Positions 1 to 10,392 of a DNA stretch of 57,933 bases are shown here, one piece after another. Origin of the DNA: Candidatus Moraniibacteriota bacterium (lineage in GTDB: Bacteria; Patescibacteriota; Minisyncoccia; Moranbacterales; GWC2-37-73); contig DAOOTD010000001.1 of the NCBI GenBank assembly GCA_035390125.1, positions 182,003 to 239,935 of the forward strand, read 5' to 3'. A program made the position numbers and the translations under genes. The notes under the pieces were generated by a model. It searched no databases, was not told where the DNA came from, and worked only from the letters and a program-made list of their open reading frames with translations. How positions within the stretch are numbered: the first letter of the stretch is position 1; every line of letters begins with the position of its first letter.

Positions 1-77
1 ATAAAGAGCGAGGATAAGGAAAATCCAATCATTGATATTATTCCCAATATCGTAATGATAATCCAGATTATCCGCAT
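1..77 (-). CDS. 5' end of a membrane or secreted protein gene running off the left edge (partial)
   Basis: ATG at 77 (minus) opens the frame MRIIWIIITILGIISMIGFSLSSLF..., a hydrophobic N-terminal helix. The frame is still open at position 1 and lies directly downstream of lepA. No clear SD. Confidence 0.3.
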   Translation of the reverse strand, partial: MRIIWIIITILGIISMIGFSLSSLF

Positions 78-186
78 TCTTTTGTTTCTTTTTTTATGGC
101 TCATAACAGTAGTATTTTAACAAATATAAAACCTTATTACAAGTTTGATAGTTCTAACACAAAACGGAAAATTATTTCATGTATTT

Positions 187-1983
187 TTATCTTTTCAATA
201 CAGCCAAATAGGCTTCGGACGGAATTTGGACCTTGCCAATGTTTTTCATTTTCTTTTTACCCTTTTTCTGTTTTTCTAAAAGTTTATTTTTACGTGTTAC
301 ATCTCCTCCATAAAGCTTAGCAATAACATCTTTGCGGAACGGTCTGATTGTTTCCCTGGCAATAATTTTTCCTCCAATTGCTGCCTGAACTGGAATTGCA
401 AAATTTTGACGCGGGATGGCGTCTTTAAGTTTTTCAACTATTCTCTTCCCTTCTCTATGAGCATTTTCCTTGGGAACTATCCTAGAAAGTGATTCAACCG
501 TATCACCGGCTAAAAGAACATCAAGTTTTACAAGATTTGAATGTCGATAACCAATGAGATCATAACTCATAGAAGCATAGCCCGATGACACACTTTTTAG
601 ATCATCATGAAAATTAACAATAATATCAGTCAATGGGACTTCAAAACTGAGAACTATTCTTTCCGTATCAATATATTCCGTATTTAAATAAATTGATCTT
701 AAAGAACTCATTAAATCCATGATAGCACCTAAATATTTGGCGGGTGTTATGATATCAATTTTCACATAGGGCTCTGAAATTTCTTCAATCATTGAGGGAT
801 CAGGCATTTGTGAAGCTGAATATATTTTTTTATTTTCCTGTTCACCTTTTAATTTTATTTCATAAACTACGCTGGGCGTAGTAATAGTTGGTGAAAAATT
901 AAATTCCCTTTCCAGTCTTTCTTTAATAATTTCTAAATGCAATAATCCCAGGAATCCGCAACGAAAACCCTTACCTAATGCTGCATTGCTTTCAGGTTCA
1001 AAAACAAACGCCGCATCATTTAGTTTTAATTTTTCCAGAGCATCACGCATAAAATTATAAGCATCTCCTTCAAGTGGATACAGTCCGGCATATACCATTG
1101 GCTTAACCTCCTTGTAGCCTGGTAGGCTTTTAACTAAGACCCTGTCATCTTCAACAGTGATCGTATCACCTACACGACAATGATCAACGCTTTTAAGTCC
1201 TGTGGCGATATATCCGATGTCTCCGGCTGTTAAAATTTCTGTTGCGACTAATCCTGGTTTGAAATAGCCAACTTCCACCACACCACTTTCCTTGTGATTT
1301 TCCATCATGCGAATTTCATTATCACGTTTTACATGCCCATCGACAATTCTTACGTAAGCCAGCACTCCTTTATACGTGTCGTATTTTGAGTCAAAAATAA
1401 GAGCACGTAGAGGTTTTTCAGTATCTCCTTTAGGCTCAGGGACTTTTTCCACAATTGCGTGCAAAATTTTATCAATTCCCTGTCCTGTCTTACCTGAAGC
1501 TTGTAAAATTTCTTCTTCCTTGCATCCTAAGATGTGTATGATTTCTTTTTTTGTCTTTTCAGTATTCGCGTTTGGAAGATCAATTTTATTTATGACTGGA
1601 ATGATTTCCAAACCTTGTTCAATTGCTAAATATAAATTAGAAAGTGTCTGTGCTTGCACGCCTTTTGTCGCATCAACTAAAAGCAAAGCACCTTCCACAG
1701 CAGCTAATGAACGAGAAACTTCATAACCGAAATCAACATGTCCCGGAGTATCTATAAGATTCAAAACATATTCCTGATTATCATAGGAATAATTCATTCT
1801 TACAGGCTGAAGTTTTATTGTTATTCCGCGTTCGCGTTCAAGATCCATTTGATCAAGTAATTGCTCTTTCATTTTTCTTTTTTCGATAGTTCCAGTAAAT
1901 TCCAAAATGCGGTCAGCTAGAGTTGACTTTCCGTGATCAATATGAGCAATTATACAAAAATTTCGAACTTTATTTTGGTTCAT
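187..1983 (-). CDS. lepA: Elongation factor 4 (LepA), translational GTPase
   Basis: 598 aa. G1 motif AHIDHGKST, DTPGHVDF and NKID, plus a LepA-type C-terminal region through to the KK-rich tail. Confidence 0.97.
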   Translation of the reverse strand: MNQNKVRNFCIIAHIDHGKSTLADRILEFTGTIEKRKMKEQLLDQMDLERERGITIKLQPVRMNYSYDNQEYVLNLIDTPGHVDFGYEVSRSLAAVEGALLLVDATKGVQAQTLSNLYLAIEQGLEIIPVINKIDLPNANTEKTKKEIIHILGCKEEEILQASGKTGQGIDKILHAIVEKVPEPKGDTEKPLRALIFDSKYDTYKGVLAYVRIVDGHVKRDNEIRMMENHKESGVVEVGYFKPGLVATEILTAGDIGYIATGLKSVDHCRVGDTITVEDDRVLVKSLPGYKEVKPMVYAGLYPLEGDAYNFMRDALEKLKLNDAAFVFEPESNAALGKGFRCGFLGLLHLEIIKERLEREFNFSPTITTPSVVYEIKLKGEQENKKIYSASQMPDPSMIEEISEPYVKIDIITPAKYLGAIMDLMSSLRSIYLNTEYIDTERIVLSFEVPLTDIIVNFHDDLKSVSSGYASMSYDLIGYRHSNLVKLDVLLAGDTVESLSRIVPKENAHREGKRIVEKLKDAIPRQNFAIPVQAAIGGKIIARETIRPFRKDVIAKLYGGDVTRKNKLLEKQKKGKKKMKNIGKVQIPSEAYLAVLKR

Positions 1984-2076
1984 ATAAAGTTTATTTTATA
2001 TTAAAAAAACCTTAAAATCAAGAAAAACGGACAAAAAAATATATGCCCGTCCTTCATTTATATATAAAGCAGCTAA

Positions 2077-3720
2077 TTAAATTCCTGTTACTTCCCCTGT
2101 ATCTTCTTCGATAACCTTTTTAACTCCGAAAATTTTCCTGGTTATCGAATCTTTAAATTGGAAAAATTCTTTTATTTTTAAATAATAACTGGCAAATAAA
2201 AATGCGCCTAAACCAAATATACCGGCAATAAAAAATTGCCTAAAGACGGCAAAAAAAGTGTCCAGTTCTCCCTGTGTTCCTACGACATATTTCATAACCT
2301 GTGCAACTCCGCCTCCGATTAATGAAGCTGCTAAAATCCTCAGGGTAGAATCTAAAATATTTTTTCCATCAATACTAGAGAGTTTTTTACGCAAAAAGAA
2401 CATTAAAAGAAACATATTTACAAAACTAGAAAATGAGAATGCGATTGCCAATCCGAAAATGCTGTATTTTTTAATAAGCAAGGCCACCATAAACAAATTA
2501 ACTGCTTCACTTATAAAAGCTATATAAAGGGGAGTTTTAGTATTTTGTAAGGCATAGAAAGCCCTTGTTAAAAGTGGCAATAGAGCCTGAGCAAGCAAAC
2601 TTATCGATAATAAACCTAAAACCTGAAATGTTGCAATGGTGTCATTCCAGTCAAATTTTCCAGAACCTAACGCTAAACGCACTGTCTGTGCACGCAGGAC
2701 ATAAATAAAAATACTGGCTGGAATAATGAAAAATAATATTTGTCTAAAAGTGTGGGAAAAAGCGCTTATAAACTCTTCCTTTTTCTTATTGGCAGCATAT
2801 GAACTTAATGTTGGAAAAACAGCAATTGCAAATGAAATTCCAAAGAGTCCAAGAGGCGCACTCTGTATATTATTAGCGAAATTAAAAACTGCCAAACTTC
2901 CAGCCGTAAGCGTTGAAGCAAAGATAGTTATGATCATAAAGTTTATCTGACTGACTGCAATTGTCATTGTTCTAGGTAACATAAGTTTTAAAACTCTTCG
3001 TATACCGGGATTATTAAAAACATCTATAAACATTGGTCGAAAATGAAAGCCAGAAAATTTTACAGAAGGATATTGAATTAACATATGAAGTGTTGCTCCC
3101 AACACAACCCCCCACGCCAATCCCATGGGCCCTGCCCATTTCACAAAATAAACAGCGCCAATAATAATACCTATATTGTAAAAAACAGGAGCCAGGGAAT
3201 ATATTAAAAATTTTTTAAAAGACATAAGTATTCCTCCGAATATGCCACTTATTCCTAATAAAAAAGGACTGAACAACATTACGCGGGTAAGATTGACCGT
3301 TAAATCCATTTTATCTCCAGCGTATCCGGGTGCAACTAAATGCATAAATTGAGGAGCAAAAATAACCAATAAAAGCAGGATAGCTCCAGTTATATAAATC
3401 TGTAAACTCATTATTCCTGAAGAAAGTTTCCAGGCATCTTCCTCTTTTTTTTCTTCAATGAATTGGGTAAAAATAGGAATAAAAGCAGCACTGAGTGCGC
3501 CTACTATTATTAAATTATAAATAAGATCAGGAATACGGAAAGCAGCATAATAAGCATCAAGTGTATCTCCTGCTCCAAATTGACTGGCTAAAATGCGGTC
3601 TCTGAATAAACCTAAAATACGGCTAGCAACACCAGCTAGAGATATAATAAAAGCCGCAGCTGCAATAGATTCGGTCGGTTTTTCGTTTAAAAAATTGTTT
3701 TTTATAAGCTTTTTTATCAC
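2077..3720 (-). CDS. murJ: Lipid II flippase MurJ/MviN
   Basis: 547 aa polytopic membrane protein. The N-terminal block SRILGLFRDRILASQFGAGDTLDAYYAAFRIPD is typical of MurJ. Confidence 0.9.
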   Translation of the reverse strand: MIKKLIKNNFLNEKPTESIAAAAFIISLAGVASRILGLFRDRILASQFGAGDTLDAYYAAFRIPDLIYNLIIVGALSAAFIPIFTQFIEEKKEEDAWKLSSGIMSLQIYITGAILLLLVIFAPQFMHLVAPGYAGDKMDLTVNLTRVMLFSPFLLGISGIFGGILMSFKKFLIYSLAPVFYNIGIIIGAVYFVKWAGPMGLAWGVVLGATLHMLIQYPSVKFSGFHFRPMFIDVFNNPGIRRVLKLMLPRTMTIAVSQINFMIITIFASTLTAGSLAVFNFANNIQSAPLGLFGISFAIAVFPTLSSYAANKKKEEFISAFSHTFRQILFFIIPASIFIYVLRAQTVRLALGSGKFDWNDTIATFQVLGLLSISLLAQALLPLLTRAFYALQNTKTPLYIAFISEAVNLFMVALLIKKYSIFGLAIAFSFSSFVNMFLLMFFLRKKLSSIDGKNILDSTLRILAASLIGGGVAQVMKYVVGTQGELDTFFAVFRQFFIAGIFGLGAFLFASYYLKIKEFFQFKDSITRKIFGVKKVIEEDTGEVTGI

Positions 3721-3753
3721 AAGAATATTTCGAAATTTAAACTAATTGTATTT

Positions 3754-6441
3754 TTATTCATTTTTTTCAAACACAATTGCTTCAAAACGATCAATTGTTA
3801 AATTTGTTTCATTTTTTAAATTATTGCCATAGTCCTTATTATAATCGGGAAAACTCCATTTGACTTTATAATTTTCAGGATAGGAAATATTTGACAAAAA
3901 AGAGCTTCCTATACTGCCTGATTGTTTCTGCGCAACTAATGAGTAAGAATCTATGTGCTGAGAATCTTTCACGGCAACTTTGAAAAGTGAGAATGGCAAT
4001 AAATATTTATAAGTGATGGTAACTGTTTCTTGGGGACTTACGTATACCCAATTTGCAAAAACTGTTTTATCGCGGTCTTTATATATACGAGTACCTGAAA
4101 TAGGGTCAATTTCTGTATTATTTTCCTCATTTTGTACGTCGATATCACGTTTAAATCCAAGAGCCTGATAATCCAACGGTTCCTTATTAATTTCACGAGT
4201 TTGTCCGCTAGTCTCTAACAGTTTAGATCCTTCCGGAACATAAACTCTCATATAATCAGCATTAACTTTATTCAACCAGTCATGTTTATAATTGCCACCA
4301 TTATGTTTTCGTGTAATAGTAACCGTATCAATAATTGAGCCATCTTCTTTTATTTCTGCATCATGTTGGATACTTTCATTTATAACAGCATCTGTTTTAA
4401 ATCCGTTTATATTGGTATTTACAACACTCAAATAATCACTTTTTGTTGATATAATTTCTCCAGACCAGCCTTGTTCGGATATTATATTCTGCAAATTATT
4501 GTCCTGAAAATAAAGCAATATCTGTTTTTCTTTTAATCCATTAATAAAAACATTGATAACTTTTGATGCCGTTTCTATATTTTTGCTAGATGAAAGTTTT
4601 TCAAATACGATCGGAGCTAAATCTGACAGAATTTTCTTTGGTTTATTTTCTTCTTTATCGTAATCAGCTTCTACTTCATATTGAGTGACTTCCGTAAAAT
4701 TTTCAGAATCAAGAGTAACATCATATTCAGGCATTTCTATAGGTCCTGTTATTTCGAGTAGTTTTTGCATAATTATTGGTGTAAATGTAATTATGCCGTC
4801 AGCAGTGGGTCCACCCGTTTTCTCATAAAAATAAATCGCTTTTCTGGCCGAGGTTGGAAAATCTGGAAACCAATTACTATCATGTAAACTCCAAGCAGCA
4901 CTGATTTTTTGGATTGGCATAGGAGGCACAACCTTTTCTTTCAATTGCCCATCAGGATTGAAGATTCCGTCAATAAAAAATTTCTTTATATTGCCATTCG
5001 AGATATCCAAAAGACCATAACTGCCTATAAATCCTCCCGTAGCCCTTATTTCTGAATTATTTTGAAATAAGAACAAATATTTTCTTGGCCCATTACCACC
5101 TAATAAATCAACAAAAATATGACTGTTGTTCAAGAAGGAGTCTATTGATTTACGTATTTCAGGCAATTTTTGTTTAAGTAATATGAATTTATCCCGCTTA
5201 TCTTCAGGAAAATCATCTGCAGATATTTTATCTATATTTTTTTGTGAAGCGTCAAGTTCTTTTTTTGCATAATTAACATTCTCTTCGACTGATTTAAAAA
5301 TATCCAGCAATGAAAGCTCGTTCTGACTTGAATTATCAATAGGATTTTTTAGCTCAGTTAATATTTTTGCTAAATTATTAAGCGCTTGTCCTGCAGCTGA
5401 AAAATGCTTACCAGCTTCAACAGCATTTTTTCCAGAAGAAACCTCGGAAGCAAAGGGAATAAAACGCGCAGTTTCTATAATTACCCCGCCCATAGCATTG
5501 ATATCCTCAGAAGCCTTGGAAAAATTAGTATAAGCTTTAGAAAATTGTTTCGCTGAACCTTCAAAATTTCGAGCTTTCATTTCCTCTATTGCCGAAGATA
5601 AATTATTAAATCCATCTTGGCTAATACCGAGAACACGCTCTTTTATGCCAAAACCTCTACTGGCATATGATCCGCCACCTATAGTAAGCAGCATTGTTAA
5701 AGCAACTGCTGCAAATACAGTAAGGGATTTTCTTATATCAAACTGGAATAAAAATTGCGATGGTAAAAAAAATTTACTCCAAGAAAAATTCTGTGGGTAA
5801 GTTTCGTCTTTATTATTAAAAATAGGCTTGCTTATTGATGGAAATACTTCTTCTCTTTCGATGAATTCCGTATTATTTTTTAGTTCTTCTTCTATCCATA
5901 AAGCTTTTTGTTTTTCAAGTTCCTTTTTTTGCTTTATTATAGTTGCTTCTCTTTCATTCTCTAACTTGTGATTATATTCATTTATTTTTTTTATATTTTC
6001 TTGTTGTCTATAAGATTTTATAGGCAATATTTTTTCATATTGAATTTGTTTCTCTGTTTTTTTTGCAATTACTTCGGCTTCCTTTTCCTTGTTGCTGTTT
6101 TTGATTTTTTCTAGGATTAATTTAGATTCATTTGTAGAATTTTTATTATCGACTTCTGAAAAATATTTTGCTGTATCTTTTATTGCTTCATATTTTAAAA
6201 TTTCATCTAAATTAAATTCTGGATCATGAAAAATAGGAGCTTTTTCATTTTCAATGCCAACGCCCAAAATGTAAGCTTTTACAGGTTTTTTCAAGCATAT
6301 TTTTTTTAATCTGGTATTTTTTTCTACATTAAAATCCCGATTTGAAACTGACCTAATCTTTTTCCAATCCAAATCCCCAGTCTGATTAACCGGTTTTACA
6401 TCGAACATTTGTGGGATAATTTTGTTTTTATTTTTCACCAT
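3754..6441 (-). CDS. DUF4012-like envelope protein: K/E-rich N-terminus, one TM helix, large extracytoplasmic domain
   Basis: 895 aa. TM helix LTVFAAVALTMLLTIGGG, and the block NNSEIRATGGFIGSYGLLDISNGNI resembles the DUF4012 signature. The 3' end of the upstream GT gene overlaps its start by 14 nt. Confidence 0.75.
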   Translation of the reverse strand: MVKNKNKIIPQMFDVKPVNQTGDLDWKKIRSVSNRDFNVEKNTRLKKICLKKPVKAYILGVGIENEKAPIFHDPEFNLDEILKYEAIKDTAKYFSEVDNKNSTNESKLILEKIKNSNKEKEAEVIAKKTEKQIQYEKILPIKSYRQQENIKKINEYNHKLENEREATIIKQKKELEKQKALWIEEELKNNTEFIEREEVFPSISKPIFNNKDETYPQNFSWSKFFLPSQFLFQFDIRKSLTVFAAVALTMLLTIGGGSYASRGFGIKERVLGISQDGFNNLSSAIEEMKARNFEGSAKQFSKAYTNFSKASEDINAMGGVIIETARFIPFASEVSSGKNAVEAGKHFSAAGQALNNLAKILTELKNPIDNSSQNELSLLDIFKSVEENVNYAKKELDASQKNIDKISADDFPEDKRDKFILLKQKLPEIRKSIDSFLNNSHIFVDLLGGNGPRKYLFLFQNNSEIRATGGFIGSYGLLDISNGNIKKFFIDGIFNPDGQLKEKVVPPMPIQKISAAWSLHDSNWFPDFPTSARKAIYFYEKTGGPTADGIITFTPIIMQKLLEITGPIEMPEYDVTLDSENFTEVTQYEVEADYDKEENKPKKILSDLAPIVFEKLSSSKNIETASKVINVFINGLKEKQILLYFQDNNLQNIISEQGWSGEIISTKSDYLSVVNTNINGFKTDAVINESIQHDAEIKEDGSIIDTVTITRKHNGGNYKHDWLNKVNADYMRVYVPEGSKLLETSGQTREINKEPLDYQALGFKRDIDVQNEENNTEIDPISGTRIYKDRDKTVFANWVYVSPQETVTITYKYLLPFSLFKVAVKDSQHIDSYSLVAQKQSGSIGSSFLSNISYPENYKVKWSFPDYNKDYGNNLKNETNLTIDRFEAIVFEKNE

Positions 6442-7579
6442 TGTAAATTTTTAAAGTTTCAGTCGCCATTTTTTCCCAACTGTATTTTCCTATTTGATTT
6501 AAACCTTTTTTTATCAAGCTATTTATCAATACCTCATCCGTTGTTATTTTTTCCATTGCTTGGATAATTTCTCTTTTTTCTTGTCCGTTGAAGAAATAAG
6601 CGCTATCTCCTAATATTTCTTTCATGCATGGATGATCCGAAGAAATAACGGGAATATTCCAAGACATTGCTTCAAGCGGTGGGATGCCAAAACCTTCATA
6701 AAGAGAAGGGAAAACATATGCTCTGGATTGTTTATAAATAACATCTAAAATTTCATCTGAAACTTGCCCCAAAAAAAGCACATTTTTAATATTCTTTTTT
6801 TCAATCAGCTTCTTTAAACGTTTATAAAAATAATCCATTTTCCCAACTAGTGCTAGTTGGTATTTTTGAGCTTTATTCATGCTTGAAAAAGCCAAAACCA
6901 TCCGTTCTAAATTCTTGTGCGGATAGGCGTTCCCCACATAAAGCATGTACGGTTTAATTATACCATATTTTTTCAATATTTCTACATCCGAAACTTGTTT
7001 ATTTTTGTCTTTTTTTTCTAAATCATTTCCTGCTTCGTAAGTTACGATTATTTTCTCCTCTCTAAGATCTTTTTTATAATATTTTAGCAATTCTTTTTTG
7101 GTGAAATTGGAAACTGTTATAACTTTTTTAGCTTTTTTAATAGCTGACCATATAACAAATTTATAACACCAGAATTTTATTTTATAAAAAATAGGGTTAA
7201 GAGCCGTGCCTCTGAAGGTTGGAAATTGAAGCAGGATTAAGTCATGTATTGTTACAACAAATTTTTTTCTATATAAAAATGGCACATTAAAATGAGGAAA
7301 ATGCACCAAATCAAGATTGAATTTGTTGAGAAGTAGTGGCATTTTTATCTGCTCAGTAAAGGTATACCACTGATAATCCGCCAAAATTTTCCGGAAGTTT
7401 TCATTTTTAGGCTGATATTCATCAAAATTTTCTTTACGCAAAAAAACAATATATTGATTTTCCTGATCAATCTTTTCCAAATTTTCAATAAGTTTTTGGG
7501 TATAACGCCCTAGTCCTTTGCCGATTGAGCCAAAAAACCGCGCATCAATTCCAATTTTCATATGGCTCAATTTTAGCAT
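6428..7579 (-). CDS. Glycosyltransferase, GT4 (GT-B fold) family
   Basis: 383 aa. C-terminal EX7E-type block FPSLYEGFGIPPLEAM. Confidence 0.85.
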   Translation of the reverse strand: MLKLSHMKIGIDARFFGSIGKGLGRYTQKLIENLEKIDQENQYIVFLRKENFDEYQPKNENFRKILADYQWYTFTEQIKMPLLLNKFNLDLVHFPHFNVPFLYRKKFVVTIHDLILLQFPTFRGTALNPIFYKIKFWCYKFVIWSAIKKAKKVITVSNFTKKELLKYYKKDLREEKIIVTYEAGNDLEKKDKNKQVSDVEILKKYGIIKPYMLYVGNAYPHKNLERMVLAFSSMNKAQKYQLALVGKMDYFYKRLKKLIEKKNIKNVLFLGQVSDEILDVIYKQSRAYVFPSLYEGFGIPPLEAMSWNIPVISSDHPCMKEILGDSAYFFNGQEKREIIQAMEKITTDEVLINSLIKKGLNQIGKYSWEKMATETLKIYNGEK

Positions 7580-7630
7580 TTTTCAAGTGTTTAAAAAAGC
7601 ATTTAAAAAATACTTCTTAAGATTTAATTT

Positions 7631-8779
7631 TTATTCGAAAAACTTTAGCAATTCCCTGGCTGAAGCTTTCCAATTGAATCTAATTGCCTGTTTCAGGGCC
7701 TTTTGATGCATAGTTGCATGAAAATCACGATTTAGCAGAACCTCTTTCATAGCAAGATAAAGTTCATCCGGCTTGTCTGGATCAACCATAATAGCTCCGC
7801 TGTCAGAAACTTCTGGCAAAGAAGAAGTATTAGAGGTAATCACAGGCACACCACAGCGCATGGCTTCTAAAACAGGGATGCCAAATCCTTCAAAAAATGA
7901 CGGATAAACAAAAAGCGAAGCCATTGTATAAACAGCAGTTTTATCTTTGTTAATAATATTGTTTATAAAAATTATATCATCAGTAAATTTAGAGTTCTGC
8001 ATAATAGAAATAATATTTTTTGTCTTCCAACCCTTGCTTCCAGCTATTACTAATTTATATTTGTCTAATCTAAAATCTTTGATTTCACGCAAACGATCAT
8101 AAGCTTTTATGACAGCTGGAATATTTTTTCTTGGCTCAACGGTTCCCAGATAAAAAATAAAATTAAAAGGCAATTTATATCTTTCTTTAATTTCTATAAT
8201 TTCTGGGCTATTACGATCTAATTGTTCGAAATTAGCCGGTATGCCGTTGTAAATAACTTTCACCCTTTTTTCCGATATTTTCCACCTCGAAATAAGGTCA
8301 TTTTTTGTAGATTCAGATACGGCAATTATTTTACTAGCAAGTTGGCAAAGCTTGCGTGGATTTATTATTTGATGCCAAAGTTGACGTTTAATGGAAAAAG
8401 TTTCTTGAAAAATTTCGTATGATAAGTCGTGTATAGTTAAAATAAGTTTCGTATTTTTTGAAAGAGCAATAAAACCGATGTTGGGCATGAAAAAAATATC
8501 AACTCCGCCAAGCATCTTATCAACGTATGGCCAACGTAAATACCAAAAGCATAAGTTAAGCAGCTTATTAGGATAATTAAATTTTTTTATCTTTACATTT
8601 TTAAACCTAGAAAACACCGATAAATCAAAGTTATAATTGCGGAAAGAATTTAAAAAGAGTATATATTCATTTTGTTTATCAAGCTCAAAAAGCTGTTCAA
8701 GAATATTCATCGTATACTCTTCAACTCCAGTATTTCTGCCGTCAGAAAGGCACCTAATGTCAATTCCTATTTTTGCCAT
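7631..8779 (-). CDS. Glycosyltransferase, GT4 family
   Basis: 382 aa. YPSFFEGFGIPVLEAMRCGVPVITS block. Confidence 0.85.
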   Translation of the reverse strand: MAKIGIDIRCLSDGRNTGVEEYTMNILEQLFELDKQNEYILFLNSFRNYNFDLSVFSRFKNVKIKKFNYPNKLLNLCFWYLRWPYVDKMLGGVDIFFMPNIGFIALSKNTKLILTIHDLSYEIFQETFSIKRQLWHQIINPRKLCQLASKIIAVSESTKNDLISRWKISEKRVKVIYNGIPANFEQLDRNSPEIIEIKERYKLPFNFIFYLGTVEPRKNIPAVIKAYDRLREIKDFRLDKYKLVIAGSKGWKTKNIISIMQNSKFTDDIIFINNIINKDKTAVYTMASLFVYPSFFEGFGIPVLEAMRCGVPVITSNTSSLPEVSDSGAIMVDPDKPDELYLAMKEVLLNRDFHATMHQKALKQAIRFNWKASARELLKFFE

Positions 8780-8846
8780 TTTTGTCTATTAGATAAACGA
8801 TTTTAACGTCATTTCATAATAACTTAATATCAGAAATTATCAAATA

Positions 8847-8875
8847 TTGACTTTTTAAATACTTTTAAGTATAAC
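8847..8875 (+). promoter_or_regulatory. Sigma-70-like promoter for the small zinc-ribbon gene
   Basis: TTGACT-N17-TATAAC read directly. An AAGGAGG SD follows 8 nt before the ATG at 8973. Confidence 0.5.
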
Positions 8876-8972
8876 TTTTAAAGCTTCTGGACAAAAATAA
8901 TGGTTTAATTTATTATTAGATTTCCCAAGTATTAGTACTTGAGTAGTATTTTAAAAGAAGGAGGATTGGACA

Positions 8973-9206
8973 ATGTTTTACTGTGATTATTGCAATAAAC
9001 TGATAGAAATTGATGATTTGATTAAAATGGAAAAAGATGAAATTTCTGAGAGCGACAAAGAATGGCAAGTAAGTGAAAAAACGTGCATGGAATGTAGAGA
9101 AGAAATAAGAAATGCAAGGGAGGAATTTAGCAGTGACAACTCACCACTGCATCCTGACGAAACAGTGGAAGAATTTGAGGATCATGAAGATCACGACCTC
9201 AAATAA
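8973..9206 (+). CDS. Small zinc-ribbon-like protein with an acidic tail
   Basis: 77 aa. CDYC...CMEC (two CxxC pairs) and an E/D/H-rich C-terminus. Strong SD (GAAGGAGGA), own promoter and own terminator. Confidence 0.6.
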   Translation: MFYCDYCNKLIEIDDLIKMEKDEISESDKEWQVSEKTCMECREEIRNAREEFSSDNSPLHPDETVEEFEDHEDHDLK

Positions 9207-9231
9207 AAAAGATAGTAAAGCTATCCAAAAA

Positions 9232-9270
9232 AAGAATCATTTTCGTAAAATTACAAGTGATTCTTTTTTA
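9232..9270 (+). terminator. Intrinsic terminator after the 77-aa gene
   Basis: Stem AAGAATCA / TGATTCTT followed by TTTTATTTT. Confidence 0.5.
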
Positions 9271-10386
9271 TTTTCTCTGCTTATGTTTTCCTACTTCTCT
9301 TTGAATGATTTCTTTTATTTTCTCCTTAAAAATTTCCCGATCGAATTTTAAAACCCTTGATCTTATATATTTCTGATCAAAGGACATATTATCGAATTTT
9401 TTTACAGCTTCTATAATTGCTTCAGGATTTTGCTCTTCAAAAAATACTCCCATTTTTTCTTCTTCCATATGTTCCGGAATATCTCCGCCACGATAAGCGA
9501 TCAGAGGTTTTCCCGAAGCTAAGGCTTCGATAGCGACAATACCAAAGTCTTCCTCTTGAGGAAAAATAAAAGCTTGGCAATCAGAATAATATTTTTTTAA
9601 ATCTTCATCATTAACTCTGCTTAAGAATTCAATGTTTGATTTAGATATTTTTTTCAAGCGTTCCATTTCTGGTCCCCTGCCGATTATTTTTAGTTTTAAT
9701 CCAAGCTTATTGAAAGCTTCAATGGCTATATCATGTCTTTTATAGGTGATCAGTCTTCCTACCATCAAGAAGTATTTTTCAGTTTTTTCTTTAGTCAAGT
9801 TATCAGTAATTGAGAATTTTTTTGTATCTACGGGTGGATTTATGACTATGGAATCTTTGTGGTAATATTTTTTTATTCTTCGAGCAACAAAATTAGAGTT
9901 AGCAATGAAAATATCAACTCTATCTGCACTTGTTTTATCCCATAAGCGTATGTAATTCATTGCAAAAGGAATAAGTTTCTTTATTATTTTTGGAAAATAA
10001 AAGTCGCGCGTATATTTTTGACAGTCATCCCAAGCATACCTCATTGGAGTATGCATATAACATATATGCAATGTATCTGGTCCGGTAATTATGCCTTTAG
10101 CATAACTCGAGGAATCCGAAATAACGATATCATACATTGAAAAATCAAACTGTTCTATCGCTGGTGGCATAAGCAACGGGAAAATCCTATGACGTTTGCG
10201 TGCAAAAGGAAAATTTTGCAGATAGGAAGTATATATGCGCTTATCTTCAAAAACTCCATGCATGGCTTCCTTATTATATATAATGGTATAAATTGGTGCA
10301 TATGGATAAAGTTCACAAAGACACTCTAAAACACGTTCTGCTCCTCCGTATTGCACTAAATAATCATGAACAATGGCTATTTTCAT
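9268..10386 (-). CDS. Glycosyltransferase, GT4 family
   Basis: 372 aa. FPQEEDFGIVAIEALASGKPLIA block. Confidence 0.85.
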   Translation of the reverse strand: MKIAIVHDYLVQYGGAERVLECLCELYPYAPIYTIIYNKEAMHGVFEDKRIYTSYLQNFPFARKRHRIFPLLMPPAIEQFDFSMYDIVISDSSSYAKGIITGPDTLHICYMHTPMRYAWDDCQKYTRDFYFPKIIKKLIPFAMNYIRLWDKTSADRVDIFIANSNFVARRIKKYYHKDSIVINPPVDTKKFSITDNLTKEKTEKYFLMVGRLITYKRHDIAIEAFNKLGLKLKIIGRGPEMERLKKISKSNIEFLSRVNDEDLKKYYSDCQAFIFPQEEDFGIVAIEALASGKPLIAYRGGDIPEHMEEEKMGVFFEEQNPEAIIEAVKKFDNMSFDQKYIRSRVLKFDREIFKEKIKEIIQREVGKHKQRK

Positions 10387-10392
10387 TGTTTT

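Noticed and set aside
96-320. A 74-aa plus-strand ORF at the lepA 3' end.
   Set aside because: It overlaps the lepA C-terminus in antisense and has no start signals.
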